The notes: generated from the sequence alone by a model not told the origin. A stretch of DNA of 64,000 nt from an uncultured Gemmatimonadaceae bacterium (GCA_963822945.1 CAWGJO010000012.1:32001-96000); one strand, 5' to 3'. Counted from the first letter of the stretch, positions 43,559 through 54,755 are shown. Numbers and translations are program-made.

Positions 43559-44065
43559 TCAGGGATTGAACTTGCCGAAGTCCTCGGGGCGCAGACGCTC
43601 GAGGTACGCCTTGAGCTTCTCGGCGGAGAGATCGGGCGACTCGGGGCCGGCGGTGGGGTCGCCGCCGTCCCATTCGTCGCCGCCCTCCGCGAGCAGGGAT
43701 TCGGCGGCGAAGATGGGCGCGTCGAGACGGAGCGCGATGGCAATGCTGTCGGACGGACGCGCATCGACGGTCAGCCGCTCACCGGCGCGCACGAGCTGGA
43801 TTTCGGCATAGAACGTACGCTCCTCGATGCGGGTGATGTCGATGCGCTCGAGTTGGGCCCCGAGCGTCTGGATGAGACTGCGACAGAGATCGTGCGTGAG
43901 CGGGCGGGAGTGCGCGATCTGGTGCATCTCCACGATGATCGACTCCGCCTCGGGCTGCCCGATCCAGATCGGCAGGACCCGCTCGCCGTCCTTCTCCTGC
44001 AGGATCACGACATAGTTCCGCGTCGACGCATCGACGGCGAGCTTGGCGACCACCATCTCGATCAT
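43559..44065 (-). CDS. Bifunctional nuclease family protein (DUF151)
   Basis: LPIWIG..EA, RPLTHDL, DARPSDSIAIA. Confidence 0.93.
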   Translation of the reverse strand: MIEMVVAKLAVDASTRNYVVILQEKDGERVLPIWIGQPEAESIIVEMHQIAHSRPLTHDLCRSLIQTLGAQLERIDITRIEERTFYAEIQLVRAGERLTVDARPSDSIAIALRLDAPIFAAESLLAEGGDEWDGGDPTAGPESPDLSAEKLKAYLERLRPEDFGKFNP

Positions 44066-44081
44066 GCGACCTCCCGCTACA

Positions 44082-45254
44082 TCACCGCACGGCGCGCTTG
44101 AGAGCCGACGCGCGATCGGTGCGTTCCCACGTGAACGTCGTGCTGGCGTGTTTGCCCCGCCCCACCCGCTCCGGTTCGCGCCCGAAGTGGCCGTAGGCCG
44201 ACGTGGGCGAGAAGATGGGCTTGCGGAGGGACAGCGCCTGAATGATGGCCCGCGGCGTGAGGTCGAACACCTCGCGGACCGCCTGCCGAATGGCGTGATC
44301 CGGCACGGCGCCCGTCCCGAACGAATCGACCATCACCGAGACCGGCTCGGCCACGCCGATCGCGTAGGCCAGCTGCACCTCGCAGCGCGTGGCCAGTTTG
44401 GCGGCGACGATGTTCTTCGCCACCCAGCGCGCGGCATACGAACCCGAGCGGTCGACCTTGGACGGATCCTTGCCGCTGAACGCGCCGCCGCCGTGGCGCC
44501 CCATGCCCCCGTACGTATCGACGATGATCTTGCGCCCGGTGAGCCCGGCGTCGCCCTGCGGACCGCCGACCACGAACCGGCCGGTGGGGTTGATGTGGTA
44601 CTTGGGGCGTTTGGTCACGAGTTCGGCGGGCAGCGCCGGCTCGATGATCCGCTCGATGACCTCGCTCCGAATCCGGCGGTTGGAGACGCCGGCGGCGTGC
44701 TGTGTCGAGATGACCACGGTGTCGATGGCCACCGGACGGTGGTCCTCGTAGATGACCGTGACCTGCGACTTGCCGTCGGGCCGGAGCCACGGCATGGCGC
44801 CGCTCTTCCGCTGATCGGCGAGGGCCCGCGTCAGCTGGTGCGCGAGCATGATCGGCATCGGCATCAACGCGTCGGTCTCGTCCGACGCATATCCGAACAT
44901 CATGCCCTGGTCGCCCGCGCCGCCGGTGTCGACGCCCATCGCGATGTCCGACGACTGGCGGTCGATGGTGCTGAGCACCGAGCAGGTGTGCGAGTCGAAT
45001 CCGTATCCGGCGTCCGTGTACCCGATATCGCGGATGGTGTTGCGGACGATATCCGGGATGTGGACGTAGGTGTTGGTGGTGATCTCGCCGGCCACACACG
45101 CCATTCCGGTCGTCACGAGCGTCTCGCACGCCACGCGCGCGTTCGCGTCGTCGGCCAGAATGGCGTCGAGCACGGCATCGGAGATCGCGTCGGCGACCTT
45201 GTCGGGGTGGCCTTCGGTGACGGATTCGGATGTGAACGGATGACGGTCGCGCAC
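44082..45254 (-). CDS. metK: S-adenosylmethionine synthetase
   Basis: [28 protein letters not shown]. Confidence 0.98.
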   Translation of the reverse strand: MRDRHPFTSESVTEGHPDKVADAISDAVLDAILADDANARVACETLVTTGMACVAGEITTNTYVHIPDIVRNTIRDIGYTDAGYGFDSHTCSVLSTIDRQSSDIAMGVDTGGAGDQGMMFGYASDETDALMPMPIMLAHQLTRALADQRKSGAMPWLRPDGKSQVTVIYEDHRPVAIDTVVISTQHAAGVSNRRIRSEVIERIIEPALPAELVTKRPKYHINPTGRFVVGGPQGDAGLTGRKIIVDTYGGMGRHGGGAFSGKDPSKVDRSGSYAARWVAKNIVAAKLATRCEVQLAYAIGVAEPVSVMVDSFGTGAVPDHAIRQAVREVFDLTPRAIIQALSLRKPIFSPTSAYGHFGREPERVGRGKHASTTFTWERTDRASALKRAVR

Positions 45255-45354
45255 AGGGGACTCGGTGAAAGGTGAGTGGAACGGCATCGGCGCGCCGAAG
45301 CGCGCCGCGTCTGAGGGAGAATAAGGGGGGCGAGGACGGTCGGGCAACCCGCCG

Positions 45355-47103
45355 TCAGCGCAGGGCGAGATCGCCGATCGCGTCGTGGAGGCGCCGGAGC
45401 AACTCGGCTTCGGCGTCGGCCGCCGTGGCCGCGTGCAGCGCGGCCGTGGCCGCCACTTCGGCGTCCCGCACGCTGACGCTGCGGACGATGCGCTTCACCA
45501 CCGGCAGCGACCGCGGGGCCACACTGAGTTGACGCACGCCGAGCCCGAGGAGCGCGTACGCCATGAGCGGCTGTGAGGCCATCTCCCCACATACCCCGAC
45601 TTCGAGCTTGGCCTGTTCCCCCACGTCCACGATTCGGCGGATGAGTCGAAGGACGGCAGGATGCAGCGGTGTGTACCGGTTGGCCAGGTTCGCATTGCCG
45701 CGATCGACGGCCAGCGTGTACTGCACCAGATCGTTGGTCCCGATGCTCAGGAAGGCGACCTCTCCCGTGAAGGTATCGGCGGCCACGGCGGCGGCCGGCG
45801 TCTCGACCATGATGCCGAGCGACAGGTCGCGCCGGAACTCCACGCCCCGCGCTTCCAATTCCCCGGCCGCCTCGGCCATCAGTTCCCGTGACTGACGCAC
45901 TTCGGCCACCGACACGACGAGCGGCAGCATGATGCGGAGATCCCCGTGCACGCCGGCACGCATGAGGGCGCGCAACTGCGTCCGGAAGATGGCCGGCTGG
46001 TCGAGGCACATGCGGATGGCGCGCCAGCCGAGGAACGGATTCGGTTCGGTGGGGAATCCACCCACCGGCAGCTTGTCGCCGCCGATGTCGAAGGTGCGGA
46101 TCACCACCGGCTTGCCGGCAAAGGCTTCGACCACCCGCCGGTAGCTCCGGTACTGTTCCTCCTCGTCGGGCATCGTCGCGCGACCGACGACGAGAAACTC
46201 CGTGCGCATGAGCCCCACGCCGTCGGCTCCGCTCTCCCGAGCCGCCTCGGCCTCTTCGGGCAGGTCCACGTTGGCACGCAGCGTGACGTGGATGCCGTCG
46301 AGGCTCACGCTCTCCAGGTCGGAGAGCCGGCTCAGTTCGGCCTCGACCACCTCCTCCTGGCGCGCGCGCTCGCGGTACTCGTCGATCTCGGTGTCGGTGG
46401 GGTTGATCGTGAGGCTGCCGTTGGTGCCGTCCAGAATGGCGCGCTCCCCACCGGCCAACGAATGCGCGGCGTTGCGCAGCCCGACGACCGCCGGCAGGTG
46501 CAGCGACCGGGCGAGGATGGCCACGTGCGACGTGCGGGTGCCGGCGTCGGTGGCGATCCCGACGATGGCCTCGCGGTCCAGTTGGACGGTGAGCCCGGGC
46601 GTCAGATCGTGCGTGACCAGAATCGCCCGCTCGCCCCGGGCCAGGCCCACGGGATCGTGGTCCGGCAGATCGAGGAGCAGGGAGAGCACGCGGATGTGCA
46701 CGTCGGTCAGGTCGCTCACCCGCTCGCGGAGCATCGCCACGGAATGGCGGGCGAAGCGCTGGCGCCATTCGAGCATCACGAGGTCGAAGGCCTTCTCCGC
46801 GGCCAGTTTCTGGCGAATGAACTCCTCGACGCCGGCCAGCAGGTCCGTGTCTTCGAGAATCGAATGCTGGACGTCGAAGATCGCGGCTTCCTCGCGTCCC
46901 GCAGCGGCCTCGACCCGCGCCCGTACCTGATTCAACCGATCCTTGGCCCGGTCCACGGCGGCGTGGAAGCGGCGCAGTTCGGCCGGCACCTGGTCTTCCG
47001 GGATCAGCCGGTGCGGAACATCCGGCACCTCCCACCGCAGGAGGTGGATGTTCCCGACGGCGATGCCCGCCGACGCGGGAATTCCGGTGAGCACGCGATC
47101 CAT
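45355..47103 (-). CDS. ptsI: PTS enzyme I
   Basis: TSHVAILAR phospho-His motif, [29 protein letters not shown]. Confidence 0.96.
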   Translation of the reverse strand: MDRVLTGIPASAGIAVGNIHLLRWEVPDVPHRLIPEDQVPAELRRFHAAVDRAKDRLNQVRARVEAAAGREEAAIFDVQHSILEDTDLLAGVEEFIRQKLAAEKAFDLVMLEWRQRFARHSVAMLRERVSDLTDVHIRVLSLLLDLPDHDPVGLARGERAILVTHDLTPGLTVQLDREAIVGIATDAGTRTSHVAILARSLHLPAVVGLRNAAHSLAGGERAILDGTNGSLTINPTDTEIDEYRERARQEEVVEAELSRLSDLESVSLDGIHVTLRANVDLPEEAEAARESGADGVGLMRTEFLVVGRATMPDEEEQYRSYRRVVEAFAGKPVVIRTFDIGGDKLPVGGFPTEPNPFLGWRAIRMCLDQPAIFRTQLRALMRAGVHGDLRIMLPLVVSVAEVRQSRELMAEAAGELEARGVEFRRDLSLGIMVETPAAAVAADTFTGEVAFLSIGTNDLVQYTLAVDRGNANLANRYTPLHPAVLRLIRRIVDVGEQAKLEVGVCGEMASQPLMAYALLGLGVRQLSVAPRSLPVVKRIVRSVSVRDAEVAATAALHAATAADAEAELLRRLHDAIGDLALR

Positions 47104-47369
47104 CAGGGTTCTCCGAAGCCGTCGGCGATGAGGTTGGCGAGCGCGTCGAGGGCCGCCTCGGCGTCCGGCCCATCGGCCCGCAGCAGGAGGTCCGTGCCGC
47201 GCTCGGCGGCGAGCATCATGACCCCCATGATGCTCTTCCCGTTCACTTCGAGATCGTCACGGCTGATCGTGATGTCGCTCTTGAATCGCGACGCCAGCTT
47301 CACGATCTGGGCGGCTGGCCGGGCATGCAGCCCGACCTTGTTGACGATCGTCACCGTGCGTTCAGCCAT
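47103..47369 (-). CDS. ptsH: Phosphocarrier HPr
   Basis: GLHARPA (His15), GKSIMG (Ser46). Confidence 0.96.
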   Translation of the reverse strand: MAERTVTIVNKVGLHARPAAQIVKLASRFKSDITISRDDLEVNGKSIMGVMMLAAERGTDLLLRADGPDAEAALDALANLIADGFGEP

Positions 47370-48142
47370 CAACGGATCACCGAGAAGAGGACGAAAGCCG
47401 AGACCATCAGCAGTGCGAACCGCCATCCTTCCAGTCGCGACTGCGCTTTGACGACGACGATGGCGCCGACGAGTGTGGCCAGCAGAATCTCTCCGAGCAG
47501 CGTGCGTCCCTCCCCCACGACGCGGGTGAACGCGAGGGGAATGGCGACCCCCGCGGCCAACGCCGCGGTGCGGGCCATGAACGCCGGCCCGCGCCGCAGC
47601 ACGGGGTGTCCGAGTCCGGCCGCCACGCGCAAGCCCTGGTTCCACCCGGTGCGCATGCCCCACAGCAGGAGCGCCACGTGGCCGGCATTGTAGACGGCGA
47701 GGAAGGCGATGACCACGACCGCCGCCGAGCTGCCGAGCCCGAACAGCGCCAGGGCGAGAAACGAGGAAAGCGGCAGCCACCCCGCCCAGACCAGGCGGTC
47801 GCCGACGCTCCCCAACGGGCCGCACAACGCCGTGCGGAACCGCTCGATGCGCTCCGGCGGTTCCCCGTCCAGTTCGGCGCGGGCCAGCGCGCCGACGGCG
47901 AACGCCGCCAGGTAGGGGTGGGCGTTGAAGTATCGACTCTGACGCGCCATGGCCGCCTTGAACGCCGGCGTATGCACCCCGCCAGGTAGCCGGCGCAACG
48001 CCGGCTCGAGACAGAAGGCGATCCCATTCCCCATCAGCGTCTCGTAGTTCCACGAGCCCTGGATGGCGAGCAGGCGCAGGAGCACGGCGGCGCGCACCCG
48101 GAGCGCGGGCGGCGGCGGAGGGACGATCGATGCCTCTCTCAT
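47369..48142 (-). CDS. Mannose-family PTS IID component
   Basis: QGSWNYE, YFNAHPY, GPLGSVGD. Confidence 0.9.
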   Translation of the reverse strand: MREASIVPPPPPALRVRAAVLLRLLAIQGSWNYETLMGNGIAFCLEPALRRLPGGVHTPAFKAAMARQSRYFNAHPYLAAFAVGALARAELDGEPPERIERFRTALCGPLGSVGDRLVWAGWLPLSSFLALALFGLGSSAAVVVIAFLAVYNAGHVALLLWGMRTGWNQGLRVAAGLGHPVLRRGPAFMARTAALAAGVAIPLAFTRVVGEGRTLLGEILLATLVGAIVVVKAQSRLEGWRFALLMVSAFVLFSVIR

Positions 48143-48822
48143 CGCATCGCCAGCACGAGCAGGCCGATTCCGAGCCCGCCCAGAAAGAACCAGCGCGCGC
48201 CGCTCGTCGAATGAAAGAGCTTCCACGCGGAGCCCAGCGCCACGCTCGCGGCGGTCGCGACCAGGAGGGCGCGCGACCAGTGTTCGCCCAGCGTCCAACG
48301 TTGGAGCACGAAGTGCTCCGCGGGGACGAGCATGAGGTACGCCGCCGCGCTGACGAGCACCGCCCGGACGAAGTCCCCGGTGAGACCCGCCAACTGCACG
48401 TCGACCACGGCGCCGCGCGAGCCTGCTTCGAGGGCCACCCGGCGGCGGCGCGCGACGACGGCGTTGTGCTGGCGCAGCGTGACCATGGACCAGCCGCCCA
48501 GCCAGGCGAACAGCAGCGCGCCGAGCACGGCGACGATGAGCGCCCCCACGGTGCCGGGGCCGGCCTCACCGTAGATCGCCCCTGCCACGACCGACGCGGA
48601 GCCCCATTCCGGATACCGTGACGCGCCCACCGGCATCGTCTCCAGCGCGATCAGTTCGAGCACGACCCCGATGAGCAGGCCCGGCGCCGGCGCCCCCACG
48701 AGGGCGCCGCCCAGCGTCGCCGCCACGAGGGGCCGGGAGATCATCGCCTGCGGAAAGCTGACCGTATCCAGCCCGGCCACGCCTCCGAGGAGCGAGATCG
48801 GCACCACGTCCACGATGTTCAC
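48139..48822 (-). CDS. Mannose-family PTS IIC component
   Basis: QAMISRPLV, LELI..PVGA; hydrophobic. Confidence 0.88.
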   Translation of the reverse strand: MNIVDVVPISLLGGVAGLDTVSFPQAMISRPLVAATLGGALVGAPAPGLLIGVVLELIALETMPVGASRYPEWGSASVVAGAIYGEAGPGTVGALIVAVLGALLFAWLGGWSMVTLRQHNAVVARRRRVALEAGSRGAVVDVQLAGLTGDFVRAVLVSAAAYLMLVPAEHFVLQRWTLGEHWSRALLVATAASVALGSAWKLFHSTSGARWFFLGGLGIGLLVLAMR

Positions 48823-49307
48823 GGGGCGTGGTGGGTCGCGAGCACTTCGTCCAGCGGCACGGGCCGCGCCGAGGGCACGTCCTGCGCCGTGACCGGAACG
48901 CCGCGCGCGACGATCGCGCGCAGCGCCTCCTCCTCTGCCGGCGACAGGAATACGTAGCGGAGCCGTTGCGTCCGATCGCCCCGATGATGGATGCCGCCCA
49001 CGTTCACAGCGGGCACCACGCCCATGTCGACGAGCGCCCGCATGGTCTCGACGTCGGCGGTGAGCAGAATGCCCGCGCGCGGATCGTCGCGATACCGTTG
49101 CAGCGCCGCCGGGCACTCGCCGGTGGTGTGGAAATACACCTCGGTGCCGGGCGGAACCGCCATCTGGTACAACTCACGCTCCCACTCGCTGAGCGCCACG
49201 GCGTCATCGACCAGCACGATGAATCCGGCGTCGAGCGGCTGCCCCCACCCCAACACCACCTGGCCGTGGATCAGCCGGTCGTCGATGCGGTAGAGCGCGA
49301 GGGTCAC
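48819..49307 (-). CDS. Mannose-family PTS IIB component
   Basis: RIDDRLIHGQV, VNVGG. Confidence 0.93.
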   Translation of the reverse strand: MTLALYRIDDRLIHGQVVLGWGQPLDAGFIVLVDDAVALSEWERELYQMAVPPGTEVYFHTTGECPAALQRYRDDPRAGILLTADVETMRALVDMGVVPAVNVGGIHHRGDRTQRLRYVFLSPAEEEALRAIVARGVPVTAQDVPSARPVPLDEVLATHHAP

Positions 49308-49696
49308 GGCGTGCCCTCCACCGCGTCGATCGCGGCCCGTCCGCGGTCGGCCGCGTGGCGCGCCGCCGTGACCGCGGGCTTCGATTCCGCGAACGCGAAG
49401 TCGAGCAGCGCCGGCAGATTCGCGCCCGAGACGAGCACCGCGTCCGGCATGCCGCGCAGAATGCGCCGCGCCGCCATGGTACAGCTCCCGGCATGCAGGT
49501 CGGTGAACAGCACGCGCGCGCCGGTCTGTTCCATCGTCTCGCGCAGGAGCGTCTCGATGTCGGCCGCGCTCAACTCGGGCACCGCCACCGCGTGGAACAG
49601 GCCTCCCCGCCCGGTGATCACCTCCACCGCCGAGACGAGCCCGGCCGCGAAGTCGCCGTGCCCGGCGACGATGGCGCGCGGCGCGCTATTCGTCAT
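49304..49696 (-). CDS. Mannose-family PTS IIA component
   Basis: IVAGHG, FTDL..GS, GANLPAL. Confidence 0.88.
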   Translation of the reverse strand: MTNSAPRAIVAGHGDFAAGLVSAVEVITGRGGLFHAVAVPELSAADIETLLRETMEQTGARVLFTDLHAGSCTMAARRILRGMPDAVLVSGANLPALLDFAFAESKPAVTAARHAADRGRAAIDAVEGTP

Positions 49697-50660
49697 CTTG
49701 CTGGAGATACCGTTTCACGTCGGCAGCCTCGCGCATGCGGCCGATGAGCCGGGCGTTGAACCGCTCGGCCGGATCGAACCCGCTGTACTTGAGCAGATGG
49801 TTCATCGCGATCACCTCCGCCACGACCGTGATGTTCTTGCCCGGATTCAGGGGCACCGTGATCTTCGGCAGGTCCACGTCGAGGATCGTGGCCGTCTGTC
49901 CGTCGAGTCCGGTGCGCTCGATGTACGTATCCTGGTGCCACTCCTCCAGCTGCACCACCACCTCGATGCGCTTCTGCTGGCGAACCGCGCGCACCCCGAA
50001 GATGGCCGGGACGTCCACGAGCCCGATCCCGCGGATCTCCATGCAGTGGCGCTGCATCTCATGCCCGGTGCCGATGAGCACGTCGGTCCCGCGGCGCTTG
50101 GCGAACACGAGGTCGTCGGCCACCAGCCGATGGCCGCGCTCCACGAGATCGAGCACGCACTCCGACTTGCCGATCCCGCTCCGGCCGACGAACAGCAGTC
50201 CGACCCCGAACACGTCGGCCAGCGAGCCGTGCAGACTCGTGGTCGGCGCGAACTCGTCCTCGAGCCACGGCTTGATCCGCGTGTAGAACTCGTTGGTCTT
50301 CAGCGTGGAGGTGAGAATCGGGACCCGCGCTTCGGCCGCCGCCGTGACCATGTCCTCCGGCGGCTGGAGCCCCTTGGTCACGAAGACACAGGGAATCGCG
50401 TGCGAGAAGAAGAGCTGCAGCACGTGCGCCCGCTCCGCCGCCTCGCGCGTCGAGAGGTACGTGATCTCCGTCTCGCCGAACACCTGCAGCCGGTGCCCGG
50501 GGAACCGTTCGGTGTAGCCGGCGAGCACGAGTCCCGGACTGGAGATGTTCGGACTCGTGATCTCGCGCTCAAGAGTCCCGGTCCCGTCCACGTGCGCCAG
50601 CTGGAGCGTGTCGCGCATGCGCTCCAGCAGGCTCCCGGCAGTGAGCAGTTGCTTCTTCAC
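49686..50660 (-). CDS. hprK: HPr kinase/phosphorylase
   Basis: LHG, GRSGIGKSE, LVADD, MEIRGIG. Confidence 0.96.
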   Translation of the reverse strand: MKKQLLTAGSLLERMRDTLQLAHVDGTGTLEREITSPNISSPGLVLAGYTERFPGHRLQVFGETEITYLSTREAAERAHVLQLFFSHAIPCVFVTKGLQPPEDMVTAAAEARVPILTSTLKTNEFYTRIKPWLEDEFAPTTSLHGSLADVFGVGLLFVGRSGIGKSECVLDLVERGHRLVADDLVFAKRRGTDVLIGTGHEMQRHCMEIRGIGLVDVPAIFGVRAVRQQKRIEVVVQLEEWHQDTYIERTGLDGQTATILDVDLPKITVPLNPGKNITVVAEVIAMNHLLKYSGFDPAERFNARLIGRMREAADVKRYLQQDDE

Positions 50661-50962
50661 GCCTGTGCCTTGCGGCGGGCGAACCGCTTGCGCCGCTGCG
50701 TTTCCACCTGCGTTTCGAGCCGGCTGAGCGCCTCGCCAAGGGCCACGCCGGCGTAGCGTCCGCTGGCGGTGGCAACGAGCGGCTTCCGGCGCGGCGCGTG
50801 CAGCATGATCTCGACGCGCCGGGCCGGCCCGTCATCTTCGAACCGGATCACGGCGTCCACCGGGCGGCCGAGCCGCTCGGCGAGCTTGGAGACGCCGACC
50901 CGCGCGCGGCGACGCATGCGGTCGGAAATTGGGGCGTGGTGGGCGTGAAAGATCACTTTCAT
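50657..50962 (-). CDS. hpf: HPF/RaiA family ribosome-associated protein (short form)
   Basis: About 101 aa with HPF-like pattern (KL..VEI.L..A.A..AL..LE.Q); directly upstream of hprK. Confidence 0.7.
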   Translation of the reverse strand: MKVIFHAHHAPISDRMRRRARVGVSKLAERLGRPVDAVIRFEDDGPARRVEIMLHAPRRKPLVATASGRYAGVALGEALSRLETQVETQRRKRFARRKAQA

Positions 50963-52071
50963 CCAGCGGTATCCTCCGGCGCGTGAACGCGGGCAAGGTG
51001 CTCTTCGGTCTGGTCGGCGGCGCGGTCCCAGGTGAAGGTCTCGGCGAACCGGCGCGCCTGCACACCCAGCCGCTCGACCAGGGCGGCGTCTCCGGCCAGC
51101 CGGTCCATCACCTCGGCCATCGCGCGCGTGTCGCCGTGCGGGATCAGAAAGCCCGTCTCGCCGTGCTTCACGGACTCCCGGATGCCCGGCGAGTTGGAGG
51201 CGACGACGGGCGTGCCACACGCCGCGGCTTCCAGGTTCGTGATACCCCACCCCTCCTTGGGCGACGCGAACGCCAACCCCCACGACCGGCGCAACAGCGC
51301 CAGCTTCTCCTGCTCGCTGATACGCCCAAGAAACCGCACCCGCGTGCCGAGGTCAAGCGAAGCGGCAAGTCGTTCCAACGTTGGACGATAGTCACCCGCG
51401 CCCGCGATCTCCAACACCGCCTCGCGGTGCCGCATCGCTGCAAAAGCCTGGATGACCAGATGCACGCCCTTGTAGTGTTTGAGCCGACCCAGATAGGAGA
51501 AGGTCGGCACCGCCGACCGCGTGCCTGCGGCTGGCGTATACGACTCGGCATCGATGCCGGGATAGATCACTTCGATGTGCGCGCGTGGAATCCCGCGGTG
51601 CACCAGGTCGTCGGCCGTGCTCTGGCTGATGGCCTCGAACGGCGTCCCGCGATACACGCGTCCGAGCGGCCGCTCGGCGAGCCACACCGCGGCGGCGAGG
51701 GGCGCGGCAAATTCCTGGAACGCCGTGGCCCCGAACAGGTGCGGCACCAGGGTCATCGCGCGTGGGGCGCCCCATCGCGGCGTGTAGAGGGGAATCTTGT
51801 TCACGTCCTCGACGAGCACGTCGCAGGTGCCGGCGAGATGACGGGCATAGTACCGCCGGGCAAAGAAGGGAAACGAGTGCCGGGTTCCCACGCGATGCAC
51901 GTCGATGCCATCCAACTCGGCCCGGGGCGGCGCATCGGGCCAGCCACCGCAGAGCAGCGTGACGCGATGCCCGCGCGCCGCCAGCCGGCCGAAGATCTCG
52001 TGGAGATGAATCTCGGCGCCCCCGGCCAGCGGATTCTCCCGATCCTGCCAGTTGACGACGAGAATGCGCAT
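50959..52071 (-). CDS. Glycosyltransferase family 4
   Basis: NPLAGGAE, YLGRL..YKG, EGWGITNLEA. Confidence 0.92.
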   Translation of the reverse strand: MRILVVNWQDRENPLAGGAEIHLHEIFGRLAARGHRVTLLCGGWPDAPPRAELDGIDVHRVGTRHSFPFFARRYYARHLAGTCDVLVEDVNKIPLYTPRWGAPRAMTLVPHLFGATAFQEFAAPLAAAVWLAERPLGRVYRGTPFEAISQSTADDLVHRGIPRAHIEVIYPGIDAESYTPAAGTRSAVPTFSYLGRLKHYKGVHLVIQAFAAMRHREAVLEIAGAGDYRPTLERLAASLDLGTRVRFLGRISEQEKLALLRRSWGLAFASPKEGWGITNLEAAACGTPVVASNSPGIRESVKHGETGFLIPHGDTRAMAEVMDRLAGDAALVERLGVQARRFAETFTWDRAADQTEEHLARVHAPEDTAG

Positions 52072-52481
52072 CAGAGGCGGCCCATGCGACGCGCCAGCGC
52101 GTCGAGCACGCCGTTCACGAACCGCGCGCTCTGCTCGCTGCCATACCGTTCGGCCAGCCGCAGCGCCTCCTGGATCACCACGCGCGCCGGCGTTTCGCCG
52201 CGCCGGAGTTCCGCCGCGGCCACGCGCAGCACGCTGCGTTCGATCACGCCCAGCCGCTCGAGCCGCCAATTGGTGGTGACGTCGGCCAGCTCGCGGTCGA
52301 TCTCCCGGCCGTGCTGCTGTATCTCGCGGACGAGCAGGCCCGCCAGGCGGCGCTCTTCGGGCGCGATGGCCAGATCGTCCCAGATCATGGTGGCCACGCG
52401 CTCGAGGTCGGACTCGCCGCGGAGGTCCCACGCGTAGAGCGCCTGCAGCGCCCGGGCGCGGGCCCGGGTCTCAACCCTCAT
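52071..52481 (-). CDS. nusB: Transcription antitermination factor NusB
   Basis: RARALQALY, WRLERL, FVNGVLD. Confidence 0.95.
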   Translation of the reverse strand: MRVETRARARALQALYAWDLRGESDLERVATMIWDDLAIAPEERRLAGLLVREIQQHGREIDRELADVTTNWRLERLGVIERSVLRVAAAELRRGETPARVVIQEALRLAERYGSEQSARFVNGVLDALARRMGRL

Positions 52482-52950
52482 GCGATGCGTCCAGGCGGTC
52501 GAAGAGGTCGGCCATCTCGAGCGCCGCCAGCGCGGCGTCCCACCCCTTGTTGCCGTGCGCGCCGCCGGCGCGGGCCTCGGCCTGATCCATCGTGTCGCAG
52601 GTCAGCAGCCCGAAGCCCACCGGTACGTCGAACTCGGCCGACGCCCTGGCCAGCCCCCGGGCCGACTCGCCGGCCACGAAGTCGAAGTGCGGCGTTTCCC
52701 CCCGGATCACGGCGCCCAGCGCGACGACGGCATCGTACCGCTCGCTGTCCATGAGGCGGCGCACCGCGGCGGGCAACTCCCACGCGCCCGGCACCCAGAC
52801 CACGTCGATGTTGTCGGCCGCCACGCCGTGGCGCACGAGCGCGTCCGTGGCCCCGTCCGCCAGCTTGCTCGTGATCGTGTTGTTGAACCGGCTCGCCACG
52901 ACCGCCACCCGCCGGCCCCGGCCCGAAGGCGATCCCGAAAATTCTGCCAT
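52471..52950 (-). CDS. ribH: Lumazine synthase
   Basis: SRFN, VPGAWELP, IRGETPHF, GNKG. Confidence 0.97.
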   Translation of the reverse strand: MAEFSGSPSGRGRRVAVVASRFNNTITSKLADGATDALVRHGVAADNIDVVWVPGAWELPAAVRRLMDSERYDAVVALGAVIRGETPHFDFVAGESARGLARASAEFDVPVGFGLLTCDTMDQAEARAGGAHGNKGWDAALAALEMADLFDRLDASHEG

Positions 52951-54156
52951 TTAGGAGACGAGGAGGTGGCCGAGCTTCTCGCGCTTGGTCTTCATGTACC
53001 CGGCGTTCTCTTCCTGCGCCGGCTGGACGATGGGCACCCGCTCCTCGACCCGCAGACCGTACCCCTCGAGGCCGATCATCTTGCGCGGATTGTTGGTGAT
53101 GGGACGGATCGACTTGAGCCCGATGTCGAGCAGGATCTGCGCGCCGATCCCGTAGTTGCGGAGGTCCGGCTTGAAGCCCAGCCGCTCGTTGGCCTCGACG
53201 GTGTCGATGCCCGTATCCTGGAGTTCGTAGGCCTTGATCTTGTTCAACAATCCGATGCCCCGCCCTTCCTGATCCAGGTACACGATCACCCCGCGCCCTT
53301 CGTCGGCGATCATCTGCATCGCGGTATCGAGTTGCCAGCCGCAGTCGCAGCGCTTGGAGTGAAACACGTCACCGGTGAGGCACTTGGAGTGCATGCGGAC
53401 CAACACGTTCTCACCATCGGACACGTCGCCGTACACCAGCGCCACGTGCTCGTGCGGATCCACGTCGTTCTTGTACCCGAGGATCTGCCACGCGCCGAAC
53501 TCGGTGGGCAGCCGCGCCTCGGCCACCCGGTGCACCAGCCGCTCGTTCTTGAGCCGGTGCGCGACGAGTTGGGCCACGGTGATGAACGTCAGGCCGTGGC
53601 GCTCGGCGAACTTCTCGAGATTGCCACGGCGCGCGGCACTGCCGTCCTCGTTGAGGATCTCGCAGATGACACCGGCGGGGTACAGCCCGGCGAGGCGCGC
53701 GAGATCGATGGCCGCCTCGGTGTGCCCTACGCGCTGCAACACCCCGCCCTCGCGGGCCCGGAGCGGGAAGACGTGCCCGCCATGCCGGAGATCGGACGGC
53801 GCCGTGGCGGGATCGACCGCCACGCGGATCGTCGTCGCACGATCCTGCGCGCTGATCCCCGTGGTCACGCCGAACCGCGCCACGGCGTCGATGCTCACCG
53901 TGTAGGCGGTGCGGTATTCGTCGGGGTTGGTCTCGCTCATCGGCGCGAGGTCGAGCTGCTCCACCCGCTCCGCCGTGAGCGCCAGGCAGACGAGGCCGCC
54001 GGCCTGGCGAATCATGAAATTGATCCCGTCGGCCGTCATGAGCTGTGCGGCGCCGATCAGATCGCCTTCGTTCTCGCGATCCTCGTCGTCGGCCACGATG
54101 ACGAGCTTGCCGGCCTTGATGTCGGCGATGGCTTGGTCTACGGATCCGAAAGTCAT
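52951..54156 (-). CDS. ribBA: Bifunctional DHBP synthase / GTP cyclohydrolase II
   Basis: DDEDRENEGD, GHTEA, RMHSKCLTGD..RCDCG, QEGRGIG. Confidence 0.97.
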   Translation of the reverse strand: MTFGSVDQAIADIKAGKLVIVADDEDRENEGDLIGAAQLMTADGINFMIRQAGGLVCLALTAERVEQLDLAPMSETNPDEYRTAYTVSIDAVARFGVTTGISAQDRATTIRVAVDPATAPSDLRHGGHVFPLRAREGGVLQRVGHTEAAIDLARLAGLYPAGVICEILNEDGSAARRGNLEKFAERHGLTFITVAQLVAHRLKNERLVHRVAEARLPTEFGAWQILGYKNDVDPHEHVALVYGDVSDGENVLVRMHSKCLTGDVFHSKRCDCGWQLDTAMQMIADEGRGVIVYLDQEGRGIGLLNKIKAYELQDTGIDTVEANERLGFKPDLRNYGIGAQILLDIGLKSIRPITNNPRKMIGLEGYGLRVEERVPIVQPAQEENAGYMKTKREKLGHLLVS

Positions 54157-54755
54157 ATCACTCGCGTCCTGTAGGACGTTATGAGTCGCTGCACGTACTT
54201 GCCGATCACGTCCGCCTCCACCTGGACCTCCGATCCCTCATTCAACGCGCCGAGGGTGGTGTGGCGAAGCGTGTACTCGATCAGGGACACCTGAACTGCA
54301 TCCGGCGCCGGAAGCGCGTTGACGGTGAGGCTCACGCCGTCCACCGTCAGCGACCCGTGCGGCACCATAAGGTCCGCCACATCTGGCGGGAGGGCAAGGT
54401 CGACCAGCCGCGCGTCGCCCCGCTGTTCGACGCCGGTCACGCGCCCCACGCCGTCCACGTGCCCGAGCACCAGGTGCCCGCCGAGCCGGTCGGCGGCGCG
54501 GAGCGCACGCTCGAGATTGACCTCGCGGCCCGCGGTCCATGACCCGATGGTGGTGCGGTCGAGCGTGGTGGCGACGGCAGCGACCGTGAACCAGCCAGGG
54601 CCGTGCTCGCGCACGGTGAGACAGGCCCCGTTGACGGCAATGCTCTCGCCGTCGGCGAGGTCGTCGTACCGGCTGGCGATGCGGAACTCGCGTCCCGCCG
54701 CCGTTCCGGTCACGTGCTCGATGGTTCCGACGCTGTCAACCAGCCCGCTGAACAC
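54153..54755 (-). CDS. ribE: Riboflavin synthase
   Basis: (M)FSGLV, SIAVNGACLT, VNLERA, GGHLVLGHVD. Confidence 0.95.
   Translation of the reverse strand: MFSGLVDSVGTIEHVTGTAAGREFRIASRYDDLADGESIAVNGACLTVREHGPGWFTVAAVATTLDRTTIGSWTAGREVNLERALRAADRLGGHLVLGHVDGVGRVTGVEQRGDARLVDLALPPDVADLMVPHGSLTVDGVSLTVNALPAPDAVQVSLIEYTLRHTTLGALNEGSEVQVEADVIGKYVQRLITSYRTRVI

Noticed and set aside
45255..45354. SAM riboswitch upstream of metK
   Set aside because: The 100-bp gap holds only a promoter-like TTGCCC-N18-TATTCT; no SAM-I/II core motifs seen.
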